DNA of 64,000 nt, taken from Scenedesmus sp. PABB004. Lineage: Eukaryota. This document shows positions 24,501 to 36,758 of this stretch, piece after piece. The position numbers and the translations under genes are program-made. Position 1 is the first letter of the stretch, and every line of letters starts with the position of its first letter. Location of the stretch: the NCBI GenBank assembly GCA_014905635.1, contig JABVCE010000010.1:186001-250000 (forward strand), written 5' to 3'. Under the pieces are notes generated by a model, which was not told the DNA's origin, made no database searches, and saw nothing but the letters and a program-made list of their open reading frames with translations.

Positions 24501-27500
24501 CGCCTTTGCGACCCCACCGGCCGGCAAAGGGCCCGCCGCGCCGCGGCCGCCACCCGGCGGCGGCCTCGCGGGCCCCGCAGCAATGGCTGGCGCAGCTGGC
24601 CCCGCAGCCGCGCTGCCGGCCGGGCTGGCTGCGGTCAGCGCCTCGATGGCCGCCAGCACTGCCATGCCCGCGGGGGCGCCGCTCGGCGCCGCGGCGGGCC
24701 GGCCCAGCAGCTGCTGCAGCCGCGCGAGCGCCTGCAGCAGCCCCTGCGGCTCCGCGGCCGCCGCGGCGCGCGAGAGAGCCGCGGCGCAGCCGTCCACGCT
24801 GTCAGACATGAACTTGCAGTGCGCGGCGCCGCCTGCGCCGGCCTCACGCAGCAGGGCGGGCACGTCCGGCAGCGCCGCCGCCAGCCGGCGCGCCTCCGCC
24901 AGCGGCACGAACCAGCGCGTCCCGCCCGCGCGATACGACCAGGGCCCCGGCGCCGCGTCGCCCGCGTCGCCCGCGTCGCCCGGCGGCGGGCGCAGCACGA
25001 AGAGCAGCGCGGCGTGCTCCGCCGCCTTGGCCGCAGCCTCTGCCAGCATCACGCAGAGGTCTGGGTCCACCGGCCCGGGTTCCTGTGCGCGGCGGCACAG
25101 CAAGCACACCTCTCAGACAAGTCGCAGCGGGCGCGCCCCCGCCGCCGACGCGCCACGCCGCCCGCGCCGCCCGCGCCGCCCGCGCCGCCCACGCGCCGCA
25201 CCCGCAGGAGCGCCGACAGCAGCGGCAGCGCGACGCCCGCGAGCTCGGCGTGGCGCTGCCGCTGCAGCAGCGGGAGGTAGGCGTTCCAGGCCGCGAGGGC
25301 GCCGTTCATGCTGACCCACGGCTGCCCGCCCAGGCGCATGCCCAGCAGCAGGTCCTGCGCCCGGGCGCGGCGGGGACGGGGGCGCGGGCGCGTCGGCAGC
25401 GGCGCGCCCCCCCTGCAGCGCCGCGCGCCGCCGCGCCATATGTCTGCGCGCGCGCGCACCTCGATCAGCAGCCGCTGCAGCTGCTCGTCCGTGGCCGACG
25501 GCAGGCGCACGCCGTCGCCGCCCAGCTCCGCCGCGCCGGGCCCCCCGCCGCGGCGGCGTCGGCTGCGTTGAGGCCGGCCGGCGGCACCGGCTCGCGGCCG
25601 CGCAGCTTCAGCGCCGCCCTGCACGCGTCCGCTTCGGTGAACGCCACGCGGGCCTGCAGCAGCAGCATCTCGGGGTCGCCGCCGCGCCGCCAGTCGGCGG
25701 CCAGAACGTGGGGCGCCGCGGCGCGCACGAGCCCCTCCAGCGCGTACGGCGACCACGCCAGCTGCACCGCGTCGCCCCACAGCTCGGTGCGAGCCCGCGT
25801 GCGCCGCAGCCGCTCGCCGCGCGCGGGGTCGAGCGGCGCGCCGGCGGGCGCCGCCGCGGGCGGCGGCGCGGGCGGCAGCAGCGCCAGCTTGTCGATGGCC
25901 CTGCGCGCCGCGGCGGGGAGGCCCTCGCTCACTGAGCCGCCCGCAGCCGCCCCCGCCGGCTGTGTGCAGCAGGGTGCCACCGCCCGCTCACTTGCGGAGG
26001 TGGTCGCCGCGCATCGCGGCGCTGCGGCTCTCCCTCGCCCTCTCGAGCAGCACCACCGCGTCGTCGTCGTCGTCCGCGCCGTCGCCGCCGTCCTTGGCGC
26101 CGCCGCCGGTCACGCCGCCGCGCAGCCGCGCCGCGCGCGCGAGGGGGACGATAAATCGATCGAGCGGCCGCTCGAATCCCCACAGCGCGGCCGCCTCGGC
26201 GCTGGACGCGTAGTTCAGCGCCAACGCCCGGCCGACCTCCCTGGCGGCCTGCGCGCGCAAGCCGAAGGGAGCGCATAGTTGGAGGCGTGTGCGCGCGCTC
26301 GGGCGCCGCCGCCGCTGCCCCGCCAGCGGCGCCTGGCCGCCTGGCGCGGCTCGCCCACCTTCGCGCAGCTCTCCCGCTCCGCCTCGGCCTTGGCGGACTC
26401 GAGGTGCAGGCTCACCTGCAGGCGCGCGAGCGGGCTGGCCACCGACTCCAGCGCCTGTGCGACTGACGCGAAGCAGCGCCGCAGCGCGCCGCGGTGCGCG
26501 GGCTGCAGCAGCGGCAGGCCTGCCGCGGCGGCGGCGGTGGCGGCGGCGGTGGCGGTGCGTGGGCGGCGCGTCAGTGCACGCCGCCCGCCTGGCTGCGCCG
26601 CACGGGCACACGCCGGCAGCCGCCGACCTGCATTCCAGGCGAGCCGCGCGCAGCAGCTCACGCCCTCCGCGTCGTGCAACCGCGCAAAGGCCGCCACCGC
26701 CTCCTCCACGCCGGCCAGCACCGCCTGCCGCTGCGAGAGCGCGTCGGCGACGCACGCCGCCCCCACGCCCGCGGCGCTCCCAGGGGGCGCAAGCGCGGGC
26801 GCGGGCGCTGCTTGGAGCGCGCACTGCAGGCGCGCGAGGTCTGCCCAAACGCGGGGCCCCAGGTCCTGCGGGCGGCGTGGCGGCGCGGCGCTGAGTACGG
26901 CGCCCGGGCTGCGGAGCGCAGAGCGCCCGCCAGGGCCGCCGCACAGCGCCGCGCTGCCGCCGCCCACCGGCGACGCAGCCGCACGCCGCGCGCACGCCTC
27001 CGCCAGTGGGATCGCGCCCGCCAGCGTCGCCGCCCACGCGATGCGCGCCACGACGCAGAGCAGCGCGCCGCGCGTGGGGCCGTCGGGGTGCGGGTCAACC
27101 ATCTTCCACGCCGCGCGCAGCTGCTGCTCTGCCGCAGCAGCGTCGGGGCGCGACGAGAGCACCCACTGCAGGATGGACAGTGCGCCGGCCTCGTCGCCTG
27201 CGCGCCCCGGTGCACGGCGGGGCGGCGCGCGTGACATCCTGGCGCCGTCGACGGTTGCGCAGCTGCCCGCGCCCGCGGCGGGGCGACCGCTCACGCTTGT
27301 CCGCCGACAGCGCCGTCAGCTCGCCGGTGCGGCGCCGCGCGGCGGCCGCCATGCCCGGCGCCGCCGTGGCGCTCGCTGCCTTGCCGCCTGCGCCCCTGCC
27401 AGGTTGCGCCGGCGCCGCCCTGCCGCCGCGAGGCGCGCCGCCGCGAGCGCCTGCACGTGCGTCTGCAGCTGCGCGGCCTCGCGCTGCGGCGCCGCCGCGG

Positions 27501-28514
27501 CGCGGCCGCGTCAGCGCGGCCGCCAGAGACCCCGACCGAGCCGCTCGCCCCGAGCGCTCGCCCGCGCCGCCGCGCCCGCGCCGCGCACCTGGAGCTCCTG
27601 AAGCCCCGCGCCCGCCGCGAGCTCGAGCGCACGGCCAAGGGACTTGGGCGCCTCCTCGGGCCGGGGGCCCTCCGCCTGGGCCAGCGCGAGCGCGATGAGG
27701 TGCCGCGCCCGCCACGCCGGCTGGCCCTCCACCTTTTCCAGCGCCTGCGGCCCTCCCCCCGGGCCGTGCCCCTCAGCCGCCGCCGGGAGGGTGGTGGTCG
27801 TGGCGGGGCGACGCTGCCGCGCCGCCCGCGCCGGCCAGGCGGCGCACCTGGTTCAGCCGCTCGCTCGCCGGCAGCAGGTGCGCGCGCAGGCCGTCGGTGT
27901 GCAGCGGGCGGCACACGTGCCAAAAGTGGACGCTGCCGTTGTAAACGAGGTGGGCGTGCCTGCGGGGTCGGCAGGCGCCGGCCGGTTCGGACGAGCGCCG
28001 CGAGCGCCGCGCGGCGCCGCGGCGCAGCGGACCCGCGCGCACGGACGCGCGGCCGCCCACCTCGGCCCGCCGGCCGCAGCGAGCTCCACGCCGGCCATGA
28101 CGTGGGAGACCGCCTCCAGCGTCGCGGCCACGAGCGCCTGGCCCTTGCGGCCGGAGGCCAGCGCCGCCGCGAGCAGGCCGGCAGCAAAGTGGGCGCGCGC
28201 GGCGAGCTGCCCGGCGCACGGCGGGTCGGCCTCGGCGAAGAAGGTCTCCAGGCAGGTGCGCGCCAGCGCGAGGTCGCCCGCCTGCGCGGACGCGGCGGCG
28301 CGGCAGTGAGCGCGAGAGCACCGGCGCCGCGGCCCCACGCGGGTCGCCTCACATGCAGGGCCGCCTCTGCAGCCATGACCACCGCCTCCAGGGCGTCCAG
28401 GCCGCCGCGGCCGGGCGCGCCGCGCAGCCGCGCGACCGCAGCGGCGGCGGCCGCGGCGAGGCTCCCGCGGCCCGCCGCAGCCTCAACGACCGCCCGGCGC
28501 GTGATGGCCGCCAT
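18234..28514 (-). CDS. CFAP46: Cilia/flagella-associated protein 46 (TPR-like helical repeats, C-terminal CHAT/separase-like region); multi-exon
   Basis: ~10-kb multi-exon gene. Motifs HLVYNGSVHFWHVCRPL, NGALAAWNAYLP, QLLLDPELCLLPWEALP and YVADP fit CFAP46/FAP46 as I recall it. Confidence 0.7.
21507..21586. repeat. (CGG)n microsatellite within the CFAP46 gene, probably intronic
   Basis: Uninterrupted CGG run seen directly. Confidence 0.9.
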
Positions 28515-28764
28515 GACGCAGTGAACTCGCGTCCGTGCCGGGCGCGCCTCACGCGCCTGGCGCCATGCTGCGCGGGTCAATCCTGATGCCCGCCGCCGGA
28601 CGGCGGCGAGGGCCTTTCAGAGCGCCGTGGAACGCACGCGAACGCACGCGAACGCTACGGGCGTGTAGGGAACGCAGATGCAGGCGCAACGAGCGAGAGC
28701 AGCGAGTTTCACGCCCGGCCGTCTCCCGCAGCGGCGGCAACGGTTCAACGCCCTCCAGCTGCCG

Positions 28765-29584
28765 CTACTCGTAAATGTCGTCGTCGTCGGGTGCCAGCGC
28801 CTGAGGGCGGATGCAGACGGCGGCGTGTCGGGCGGCGGCGCGCCCGCTGCTGCTGCTGCACAGCGCGCGGGCCGCGCCGCGCCGCGCCGCGCCGCCGCAC
28901 CGGCGGTGCCAGCCCCCCGCGCCCGCCGCCACGCGGCGGCGGCGCGCCGCCGTGCTGCGCGACCTGGCGCTGGTATGCGTCGACCAGCGCGGCGGCCTGC
29001 GCGGCGCCTGGCGGCGGCGCCGGGGCGGCCGCCTCGCGGCACGTGGCCGCCGCGGCCGCTGCCGCCGACTGCAGCTCGGCGCCGTCGACGCCTGCCTTGG
29101 CGAGCGCCGCCGCGACCGCGGCGTTGCTCACACCCAGGAGGCCGAGCAGCAGGTGCGGCGTGCCGGCGCAGCCCTGCCCCGCGGCGGCGGCCGCCTCTGC
29201 CGCGGCGTCCAGGCTTTCTCGCGCGTCGGGGGTGAAGTGGAGATCGCCTGCCGCCGCGGGGCGGCTGGCCACGGCGCCGCCGTTTGCGGCGCCCAGGGCG
29301 GCCGCCGCCGCGTCGGCGGGCAGGCCGGCCGCCTCCAGCAGCGCGCGGGCCTCGCAGTCGGTCCGCGTCACGCCTAGAAGCAGCTGCGGGGGCGCGACGA
29401 ACATCCCCGCCTCGTCGGCGGCGGCGCGCTGCGCTGCGCGGATGGCGGCCAGCGCCTCCCGGCTGAACGCGACGGCCGCTAGCCGCGCGGCGCTGCGGCT
29501 GCCGCTGCCGCCCGGCCGCGGCGCCGCCGCTCGCCGGCGCGCGGAGGGCAGCGTGCGTGGCGCAGCGTAGACGCGCAGCTGCAT
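28765..29584 (-). CDS. Stand-alone double Clp-N domain protein with plastid-type transit peptide (ClpT-like architecture)
   Basis: FSREALAAIRAAQRAA...VAPPQLLLGV and FTPDARESLDAAAEAA...GTPHLLLGLL are two Clp-N repeats. No AAA+ domain. Arg/Ala/Ser-rich N-terminus. 3' end approximate. Confidence 0.7.
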
Positions 29585-29940
29585 GGCTGCGGGCCGCCGG
29601 GGCGGCGCGGCGGCGCGGCGGGCGCGTGCGCGCGCTGCTGCGCGTGCGTGCGGCGCGACGCGGGGCTGATCAGGCTGCTGTTGTGCTGCGCGGGTGGAGC
29701 TGGGGGCCCTGAGTCGCCGGAAGAGCGCGTAAGGCAGGCGATCCAGGAATGACGGCGGCGCAGGACGCGGCGGTGCAGCAGTCGCCGCCCCAGCCCGCCG
29801 CGACCGCCGCAGCTCCCGCCAGACCGCGCGCAGCCGCCAGGATCGATTGTGAAGCTCTCCTCTCTAGCTACGATCTCGCTCAGCCCGCGCCGCTGCCGCC
29901 GCTGCCGCTGCGTCTGCCGGTGCCGCTGCTGCCGCTGCCG

Positions 29941-31236
29941 ATGCGCGCCGCGCTCTCCCGGCGCTCCACGGCCCTGATCCGCTCCGCCCGTCCAGCCGGC
30001 CCCGCAGCTTTCCGTCGCCGCGCCGGGGCAGGATCAGCCGCGCGCATGGCGGCGAGCGCGGCGGCGCCGGGCGGCGGCGCGCTGCCGAGCGGCGACGTGT
30101 TCTTCCTGGACGCATTTGCCGCGCGGCAGTGGGACGACCCTAACTACAGGCGAGGCGGGTTGCTGGCTGCCGGGCAGCGCACGCCGCCGCGCCGCAGCGC
30201 GGGCGCGGCCCGAGCGCAGCGCCGCGCGCCCGCGCCCGCCCCTCGCAGCGGCACGCGCCTCTCCTGCGACAAGGCCGCGTTTGTGCGCACGGTGCACGAG
30301 CTGTACGCGGCGGGCGGGTGCGCGCTGGTGGACGGCTACGCGCCGTTCTGCAAGCACCTGTTCGTGCCCAACTTTGTCGGCGCGGCGGTCGGGTCGCTGC
30401 GCATCACGCCCGCCAACCGCCACCTGCTGCGCTCAGCCTACACACGGCGGCGGCCCGAGGAGCTCGCCGTGCTCACGCGGTGCGGCACGGCGCGCGCGCG
30501 GCGCCCGCTGCCCGCCCTCCCTGGCCGCCGCTGGGCCCGGCGCGGCGGCGCGGCCTGCCCGCTGCGCCGGCCGCTGAGCGGCGCCGCCGCGTGCGCGCGC
30601 GCGCGCGCGCCGCGCACAGCTGGTTCCCCGAGGCGGTGGTGGCGCCCGTGCCGGCGGCGGCGCACCTTGACATCATATTGTACAGCCGGGAGCAGCTGGT
30701 GCAGGAGCACGAGGACATGCCCTCGAAGGCCGGCGCCCCGCTGCCACCCGCGCCGTGGGGCATCATCAGCATAAAGGCCCAGGTGACCTCCCCGCTTGCG
30801 CTGATCGTCGGTGCCCGCCGCGCGTGCGGCGCCCCGCAACAGCAGCGACCGCGCGCGCGACGCCCGGCCGCAGCCGCGGCGGCGGCGGGGGTGCGGAGCG
30901 CGCGCGCGCCCCGCCGCGCGGCGTGCCCCCGCGAGCGGCGGGCGGCGCCTGCGGCGCCGGCGCGCAGGCGGAGGACTTCGAGACGCCCATGGCGCCCATC
31001 ACGGTCATGCGCAACGCGCTCGGCCGCGAGCAGGGCGGCAGCGGCGTGCCGCTCGACCGCGCCGCGTACGAGGTGCGGCGCCGCGTGCCGCGCGGGCGCG
31101 CGGCGCGGCGGCCTGCGCCGGCGCCGCGGCGCCGACGCCCCCCGCGCTGCCGCCGGCCCGCCGGCCGCAGGCGAGCGTGGCGTACTGGCAGGAGCACGCG
31201 GCGATCGTCGCGGGCGAGGAGCCGAGCGGGGAGTGA
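29941..31236 (+). CDS. DUF3228 family protein
   Basis: Motifs FLDAFAARQW, LVDGYAPFCKHLFVPNF, RRPEELAVLTRWF, LDIILYSREQL, WGIISIKAQ, PMAPITVMRNALG, GGSGVPLDR and SVAYW across spliced exons. Alternative start at 30046. Confidence 0.85.
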
Positions 31237-31403
31237 GGCCTCGCGCGGCGCGGCGGCGGCGGCGGGCTGCGGGCGCGACGCAAACGGCAACGTTTGCACC
31301 TCGGCCGCTCGTGAGCGTCAACCTCGACCAGCGCGCTGGCCGGCACACGCGCGGCTCGCCCCGCACGACGCACAGCGCAGCGGGCAGCCCCACACAAGGC
31401 CGC

Positions 31404-34370
31404 CTAGGCCCGGGGCCGCAGGCCGCGCGCCGGCGGCTCCTCCTCCTCCGGCGCGGCGCGCTTCTGGACCTTGCGCTTGCCTGTGCCGCTCCCGCCTGCG
31501 CGCGTGCCGCCGCCCGCCAGCGGCTCCTCCTCCTCCGGCGCGGGGCACTTCTTGGCCTTGCGCTTGCCCGTGCCGCTGCCGGCGCGCGCGGCCCCGCCCG
31601 CCGCCGCCGCCGCGCTGCTGCCCGCGCCGCCGCCGCCGCCGCCGCGGCGCGTGCCCAGCAGGCCGCCGCCGGCGCCAGTGCCGAAGCAGCGCATGACCAC
31701 AAACTCGGCGCCCTCGGCGAGGTCGCGGCTCTCGCTCGCGTTGGTGTAGACGCCGGGCAGCGCGCCCGCGCCCGCCGCGGCGTCGGTCGCCGCAAACAGC
31801 GGGTTGCACCGCCCCGGCACCGCGACCGCGCCGCCCCAGCCGCGCGCAAACGCGCCCGCGCGCGCGAGCTGCGCGAGCAGCGAGCCGTGGTTGGGGACAA
31901 ACACCTCCACGCCGCGCACCGCGCCGCCGGCGTCGACGAGGGCGGGCAGGAAGTGGGTGAAGAGGCTGGGGCGGTACATCTCACGCATGTAGCCCGCGGG
32001 GCAGCGGTAGTAGTCGCAGAAGATCGCCGAGAACTGTGAGGACGCGCGGCAGGGGGTGGAGGTGGCGGTGGCGGTGGAGGGGAGGGAGGGTGAGGCGGCG
32101 TGGCGCGCGGGACGCGCGGGCACGCGGGAGGAAGGGCGAGGGGAGGCGCGGCGCGGCACGCCCCCGCGCGCGCGCACCTTGACGCCGGGGAAGGCCGCCA
32201 GCACGTCGGCGGCGCCGCGCGCGGTGTTGAAGTTGCCCTGCACGTGCGCCGGCGCGCCACGCACGTGGTGCGCGCCGGCCGGCGCGTTGTCGCGGTTCAT
32301 GCTGTGCGGCGCGTACGCGGCCGGCCCCCGGCCCGCGCGCCCGAGCGCGACGAGCCGCGCGCGGTCGCGGTGCGCCGCCATGCCCGCGTGCGCCTCGGCC
32401 GCGGACGCGGCGCTCGCGAAAAACATGCCCAGCGCCAGCACCGGCCCGCCCGGCGGCACGTCGTACTCGCGATCAATGGGCGGGTGCACCCACGCGTGCT
32501 TGTCCGCCTGCCCCGGGCACAGCACCAGCCCGTCCTGCGCGCCGACGTCGCCGCCGGCGGCGGCCGCCGCGGCGGCGGCGGAGCCGCCTGCCGGCGGCCG
32601 GCGCCCGCTGCGCCCGCTGCGGCCGCTGCGCCCGCTGCGGCCGCTGCGGCCGCTGCGCCCGGCGGCGGCGGCGGCGGCGCCGCCGTCGCGCGGCGGCCCG
32701 CGCGCGACAAAGCCGGCGCCCGCCTCGGCCAGCGCGTCCAGCAGCACCTCGTCGCCCAGCAGCGGCGCGGCCGGCGGCGGCGGCGGCGCGCCGCGGCGCC
32801 ACGCGCCGCGCGCAGGCGCCGGCACCAGCCCCGGCGCGCGCGCGCCGAGCGACGCGGCGCGCGCCTGCAGCGCCGCGAGGTAGGCGACGCACGCGCCGCG
32901 GCTGCGGAAGAAGCCGCGCAGGCTGGGGTGCGTGATGTGCAGGCCCTTGGCGGGCGGGCCCTGCTCCGCCGCATAAGCGAGCCAGTCGCCGTCGAGCTGC
33001 TGGCCGGTCACCTGCTCCGCGAGCGCGGCCGCCAGCGCCGCGCGCGCCGACGCCGACGGCAGCCGGCCGTCGGGCAGGCGCGTGGGGCGCGGCGGCGGCG
33101 GAGCGGCGGCGGCGGCCGCCGCGGGCGCCGGCGCGGCCACCACCGCGGGGGCCTGCGCGCGCGGCGCCGCGCCGGCCGGCACCTGCGGGCGGCTCCGCGC
33201 CGGCTCGGCGCGCGGCGCCGCCGCGCGCGCGGGCCCCTGCTTGTCCGGCAGCGGCTTCGCGGCGGGCGCCCGCGCGCCGGCCTCCGCCATGCGCTCCTCG
33301 CGCTGGCGCTGCCGCGTGGCGGCGGCCGCCGCCGCGCGGCGCGCGGCGGCGGGGTCGATCACGGCGCCCGGCGGCGGCGCGGGGCCGGCGCCAAAGTACC
33401 AGGCGCCGTTGACGAGCGGCCGGAAGCTCCGGCCCGCCGCCGCCGCCGCGGCGCGCTTGGCCGCCGCGAGCGCCGCGGCGCTGGGCGCACGCAGCGGCGC
33501 GCCGCTGCCGGCGCCGGCGCGGCCGCCGTCGCGCACGCGCTTGCCGCGGGGCGGCGCCGCCGCCGCCGCGGCGACGAGGCCCGGCGCGGCGACGCCGGCG
33601 CCGAGGCGCCCGCGCAGGGCCGCCAGGTACACCAGCGCGGCGCGGCGCGAGCGGAACCAGCCGCCGAGGTCGGGGTGCAGCAGCACCGGGTCCAGCCGCA
33701 CGCGCTGGGGCGTGTCCTCGGCGGGGAAGCAGCGCCAGCCCCCGTCCAGCGCGTCGCCCGGCAGCGCGGCGGCGACCTCGTCCGCCAGGCTCGCCGCCAG
33801 CTCCTCGCACGGCACGCGGCCGTCGGGCAGGCGCTTCGGCGCCGGAACGCTGTTTGGCGCCGGCTGCTGCTGCGTCTGCTGCTGCTGCTTCTGCTCCTGC
33901 TTCTGCTCCTGCGGCCGCGCCTCGTGCTGCTGCTTGCGTGCCGAGGCCGCGGGCGGCGGCGCGGCGCGGCTGCGCTTGGCCGGCCGCTCCGCCACCGCCG
34001 CCACCTCCTGCTCCTCCTCCTCCGTCTCGTCGGCTTCGCTCTGCTCACTGGTGCCGCCCGCCGCCTGGTGCCGCACCGCCGTCGCCGCCGCCAGAAAGGG
34101 CAGCAGGCGGCCGAGCCAGCCGCCGCTCGCGCGGTCGTCCGGCTGCTCTGCGCTTCCCGCGTCCACGCTGCTGCTGCGGCTGCTGGGGCCGCCGCTGTCG
34201 CGCCCGCCGGCGGCGCCGCGGCCGCGCGGCGGCGCCGCGTCCGCTGCCGCCGCTGCCGCGGGCCGCTTGCCGGCTGCCGCCGCAGCCAGCGCCGGCGCCC
34301 GGGGCGGCTTCTGGGCGCCACCCAGGCGGCGCGCCTGGTCGCGCGTGTCGTCGGCTGCGCCGCGCATCAT
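31404..34370 (-). CDS. Hypothetical protein with two MBD-like repeats and a C-terminal alpha/beta domain
   Basis: 988-codon ORF containing an in-frame GT-AG intron (~32177-32034). Two copies of RLPDGR...LDGxW...HPxLxGxFRSR...YLAAL. Basic NLS-like ends (KRKAKK). Confidence 0.6.
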   Translation of the reverse strand: MMRGAADDTRDQARRLGGAQKPPRAPALAAAAAGKRPAAAAAADAAPPRGRGAAGGRDSGGPSSRSSSVDAGSAEQPDDRASGGWLGRLLPFLAAATAVRHQAAGGTSEQSEADETEEEEQEVAAVAERPAKRSRAAPPPAASARKQQHEARPQEQKQEQKQQQQTQQQPAPNSVPAPKRLPDGRVPCEELAASLADEVAAALPGDALDGGWRCFPAEDTPQRVRLDPVLLHPDLGGWFRSRRAALVYLAALRGRLGAGVAAPGLVAAAAAAPPRGKRVRDGGRAGAGSGAPLRAPSAAALAAAKRAAAAAAGRSFRPLVNGAWYFGAGPAPPPGAVIDPAAARRAAAAAATRQRQREERMAEAGARAPAAKPLPDKQGPARAAAPRAEPARSRPQVPAGAAPRAQAPAVVAAPAPAAAAAAAPPPPRPTRLPDGRLPSASARAALAAALAEQVTGQQLDGDWLAYAAEQGPPAKGLHITHPSLRGFFRSRGACVAYLAALQARAASLGARAPGLVPAPARGAWRRGAPPPPPAAPLLGDEVLLDALAEAGAGFVARGPPRDGGAAAAAAGRSGRSGRSGRSGRSGRSGRRPPAGGSAAAAAAAAGGDVGAQDGLVLCPGQADKHAWVHPPIDREYDVPPGGPVLALGMFFASAASAAEAHAGMAAHRDRARLVALGRAGRGPAAYAPHSMNRDNAPAGAHHVRGAPAHVQGNFNTARGAADVLAAFPGVKVRARGGVPRRASPRPSSRVPARPARHAASPSLPSTATATSTPCRASSQFSAIFCDYYRCPAGYMREMYRPSLFTHFLPALVDAGGAVRGVEVFVPNHGSLLAQLARAGAFARGWGGAVAVPGRCNPLFAATDAAAGAGALPGVYTNASESRDLAEGAEFVVMRCFGTGAGGGLLGTRRGGGGGGAGSSAAAAAGGAARAGSGTGKRKAKKCPAPEEEEPLAGGGTRAGGSGTGKRKVQKRAAPEEEEPPARGLRPRA

Positions 34371-34835
34371 CGCTGCGGGCGCAGGCGCGCGAGCAGCAGG
34401 CGCGCGGCGGCAGCGGCGGCGGCGCGCCGGCGGCGGCGGGCGTGAGGCGATGTCGGGGCGCGCTCCGGATCGAGGCGGGCCTCTCGGCGCCGAAATGGCC
34501 CCGGGCGCGGCCTGGCGGCGCCAGGAGGCCGCGCGGGGGCGCGGCTGCTGCTCTTTGCGTAGCCGCGCGCGGATCGCCCGGCGCGCACCGCCGGTGTGCG
34601 TCTTGATCTCGGCCAGCGGCCACGCAGCGGCCGGGGCCTGGCGCGCGCCTTGCAGCGCGCGAGGCGCGCGCGCTGCTGCCGCGGCCTCTTAGCGATCGGC
34701 GGAGGCCCCAGAGCTGGCTCCCGGCTGGCGGTCTCGGGTCTGTGGGTTCGCACGCGGAGCTGCTCGAGCCGCGGCGGCGGCAGGCGCCTCGCCGCCGTCG
34801 CGACCGCCCAGCTGGTTTCAGCAACTCGTCCGCGC

Positions 34836-36683
34836 TCACACGCCCGCGATGCCCGCCTCGCTCCAGTCCCAGCGAACGTCGTCGCCCTCGCCGCGCGGCG
34901 CGGGCGCGGCGCGGGCGCGCGGCTCCGCCACGTTGGCGACCGGGACCTTGGACACGGCGCTGAGCACGGTGCGCGCCTGCTCGCCGCCCGCCTCGGCCAG
35001 GAGCTGCTTGATGAGCGCGCGCTGGTCCTTTTCGCTGTTGGCGGCGAGCAGCTGCTCCTGGAACGACGCCAGCACCTGCACGGCCGGGCGCAGCCGGCGC
35101 GCGCGGGCCCGTGGGCGCCGGGCGCAGCACGCGCCGCGGCGGCCGCGCGCCAGGCCTCCCCGCGGCGGCGGCGCGCACCTGGGGCGTGACGTGGGGCAGC
35201 GTGAGCAGAAGCGCGCGGATGGGCTCGCTGCGCGGCAGCCACGTGACCAGCAGCTGGCGCAGCAGGTGCAGGACCTCCGGCTGTATGGTGATGCTCGAGA
35301 CCTGGCGTGGGTGCGGCGCGCGCGCGCGGGGCGGTTCGGGCGGCTCCGCGCCGGGCCCTCCCTCCCCCACGGCGCGCGCCGCGGCCTCCCGCCGCGCGCC
35401 GGCGCCGCCCACCTGCACCGCAGAGAGCATCGCGCTGCGCAGCATCTCCGGCAGGACCAGCATCTCGAGCTCGGGGTGGCTCGTCTCGGCGAGCGTCGCG
35501 AAGAAGCGGCAGAGCACGGTGCACTTGCCCGCGCTCGGCGCGTCGGGCCAGCAGAGCCCCGCGACCGCCGTGCCCATGAGCGCCTGCGTCGCGCCGGCGT
35601 TGAACCGCCAGAGCGTCTCGATCACGCTCTCCTGGTCCTCCGCCGGCACCGCCGCGAGCGCCGGCGGCGCGAGCCCCGCGCCGCCTCCAGCGCCGCCGGG
35701 CGCGCCGCCGCCGCCCCCGTTGGCCGCGCCGCCGCCGCTGCCGCCGGCGCCGGCGGCGCCGGCCGCGGCGGTGAAGCCCGCGCCGCGCTCTGCGGCCTTG
35801 GTGAGCATCACCACGTACTCGCGCGTCGCCTCGCGCAGCAGCGACTCGCCGACGACCTCGTCCGAGAGCGCGGCCTGCGCCGCCGGTGGCGCCGCGCCGG
35901 CGGCGCCGCCCGCCGCGGCCGCGAGCAGCGCGCCCCAGCGCTCGGCGAGGCGGCCGCGCATGAGGGGCAGCAGCTCGCCGAGCAGCGGCAGCAGCCACGC
36001 GCGGCGCGCGGGCACGGGGCAGTGCGCAATGAGCGGCGTGATGCCGTGGCGCAGCAGGATGCGCAGGTGGCGGTCCTCCATTACGGCCAGGCCGCTGCCC
36101 AGCGCGGGCGGCAGCAAGCCGGCGAGGCGGTCGTTGAACCACAGCGGCGGCCCCACGTGCTGCGCGGCGTACGAGCTTATCATGTAGCACCCCTCACGCA
36201 CGCCGCGCAGCCAGTAGCGCAGCGCGGGGACGTTGGTGCCTGGTGCCGCGGCGCGGGCGCGGGCGCGGGCGCGGGCACGGGGGCGCGGGGCGCGGGGGTG
36301 GGGGCGGGCGGCGTGGCGGCGCAGGCCCGCGCGCGCGGGCGGGGCCGAGGCGCCGCGCCGGCGCCGCGCACCCGCGATGGTCCCGGCGTCCTCCTCGGTG
36401 CGCTTGGCCGCGTCGCGCTCGCCGCCGGTGCGCAGGGCCTTTTCGACGGGGTCCATGCTGAACGCGGCGGCGATGGGCGCCAGCGCGGCCTGGCGGCGGC
36501 GGCGGCGGCGGCGGCGGCGCAGCGTGGTGGGCGCGGCGCCCGGGGCGGCCGGCGCGCGCAGGGGCGGCGGCGCGGCGCGGCCGGCCGGGGGTCACCTGCA
36601 TGGCTGGCTCATACATGCCGTGCAGGCAGCGCACGATGGCCGCGACGGGCGCGAGGCACCACTCCAGGTGGGGCGTGAAGGGG

Positions 36684-36758
<75 letters not shown>

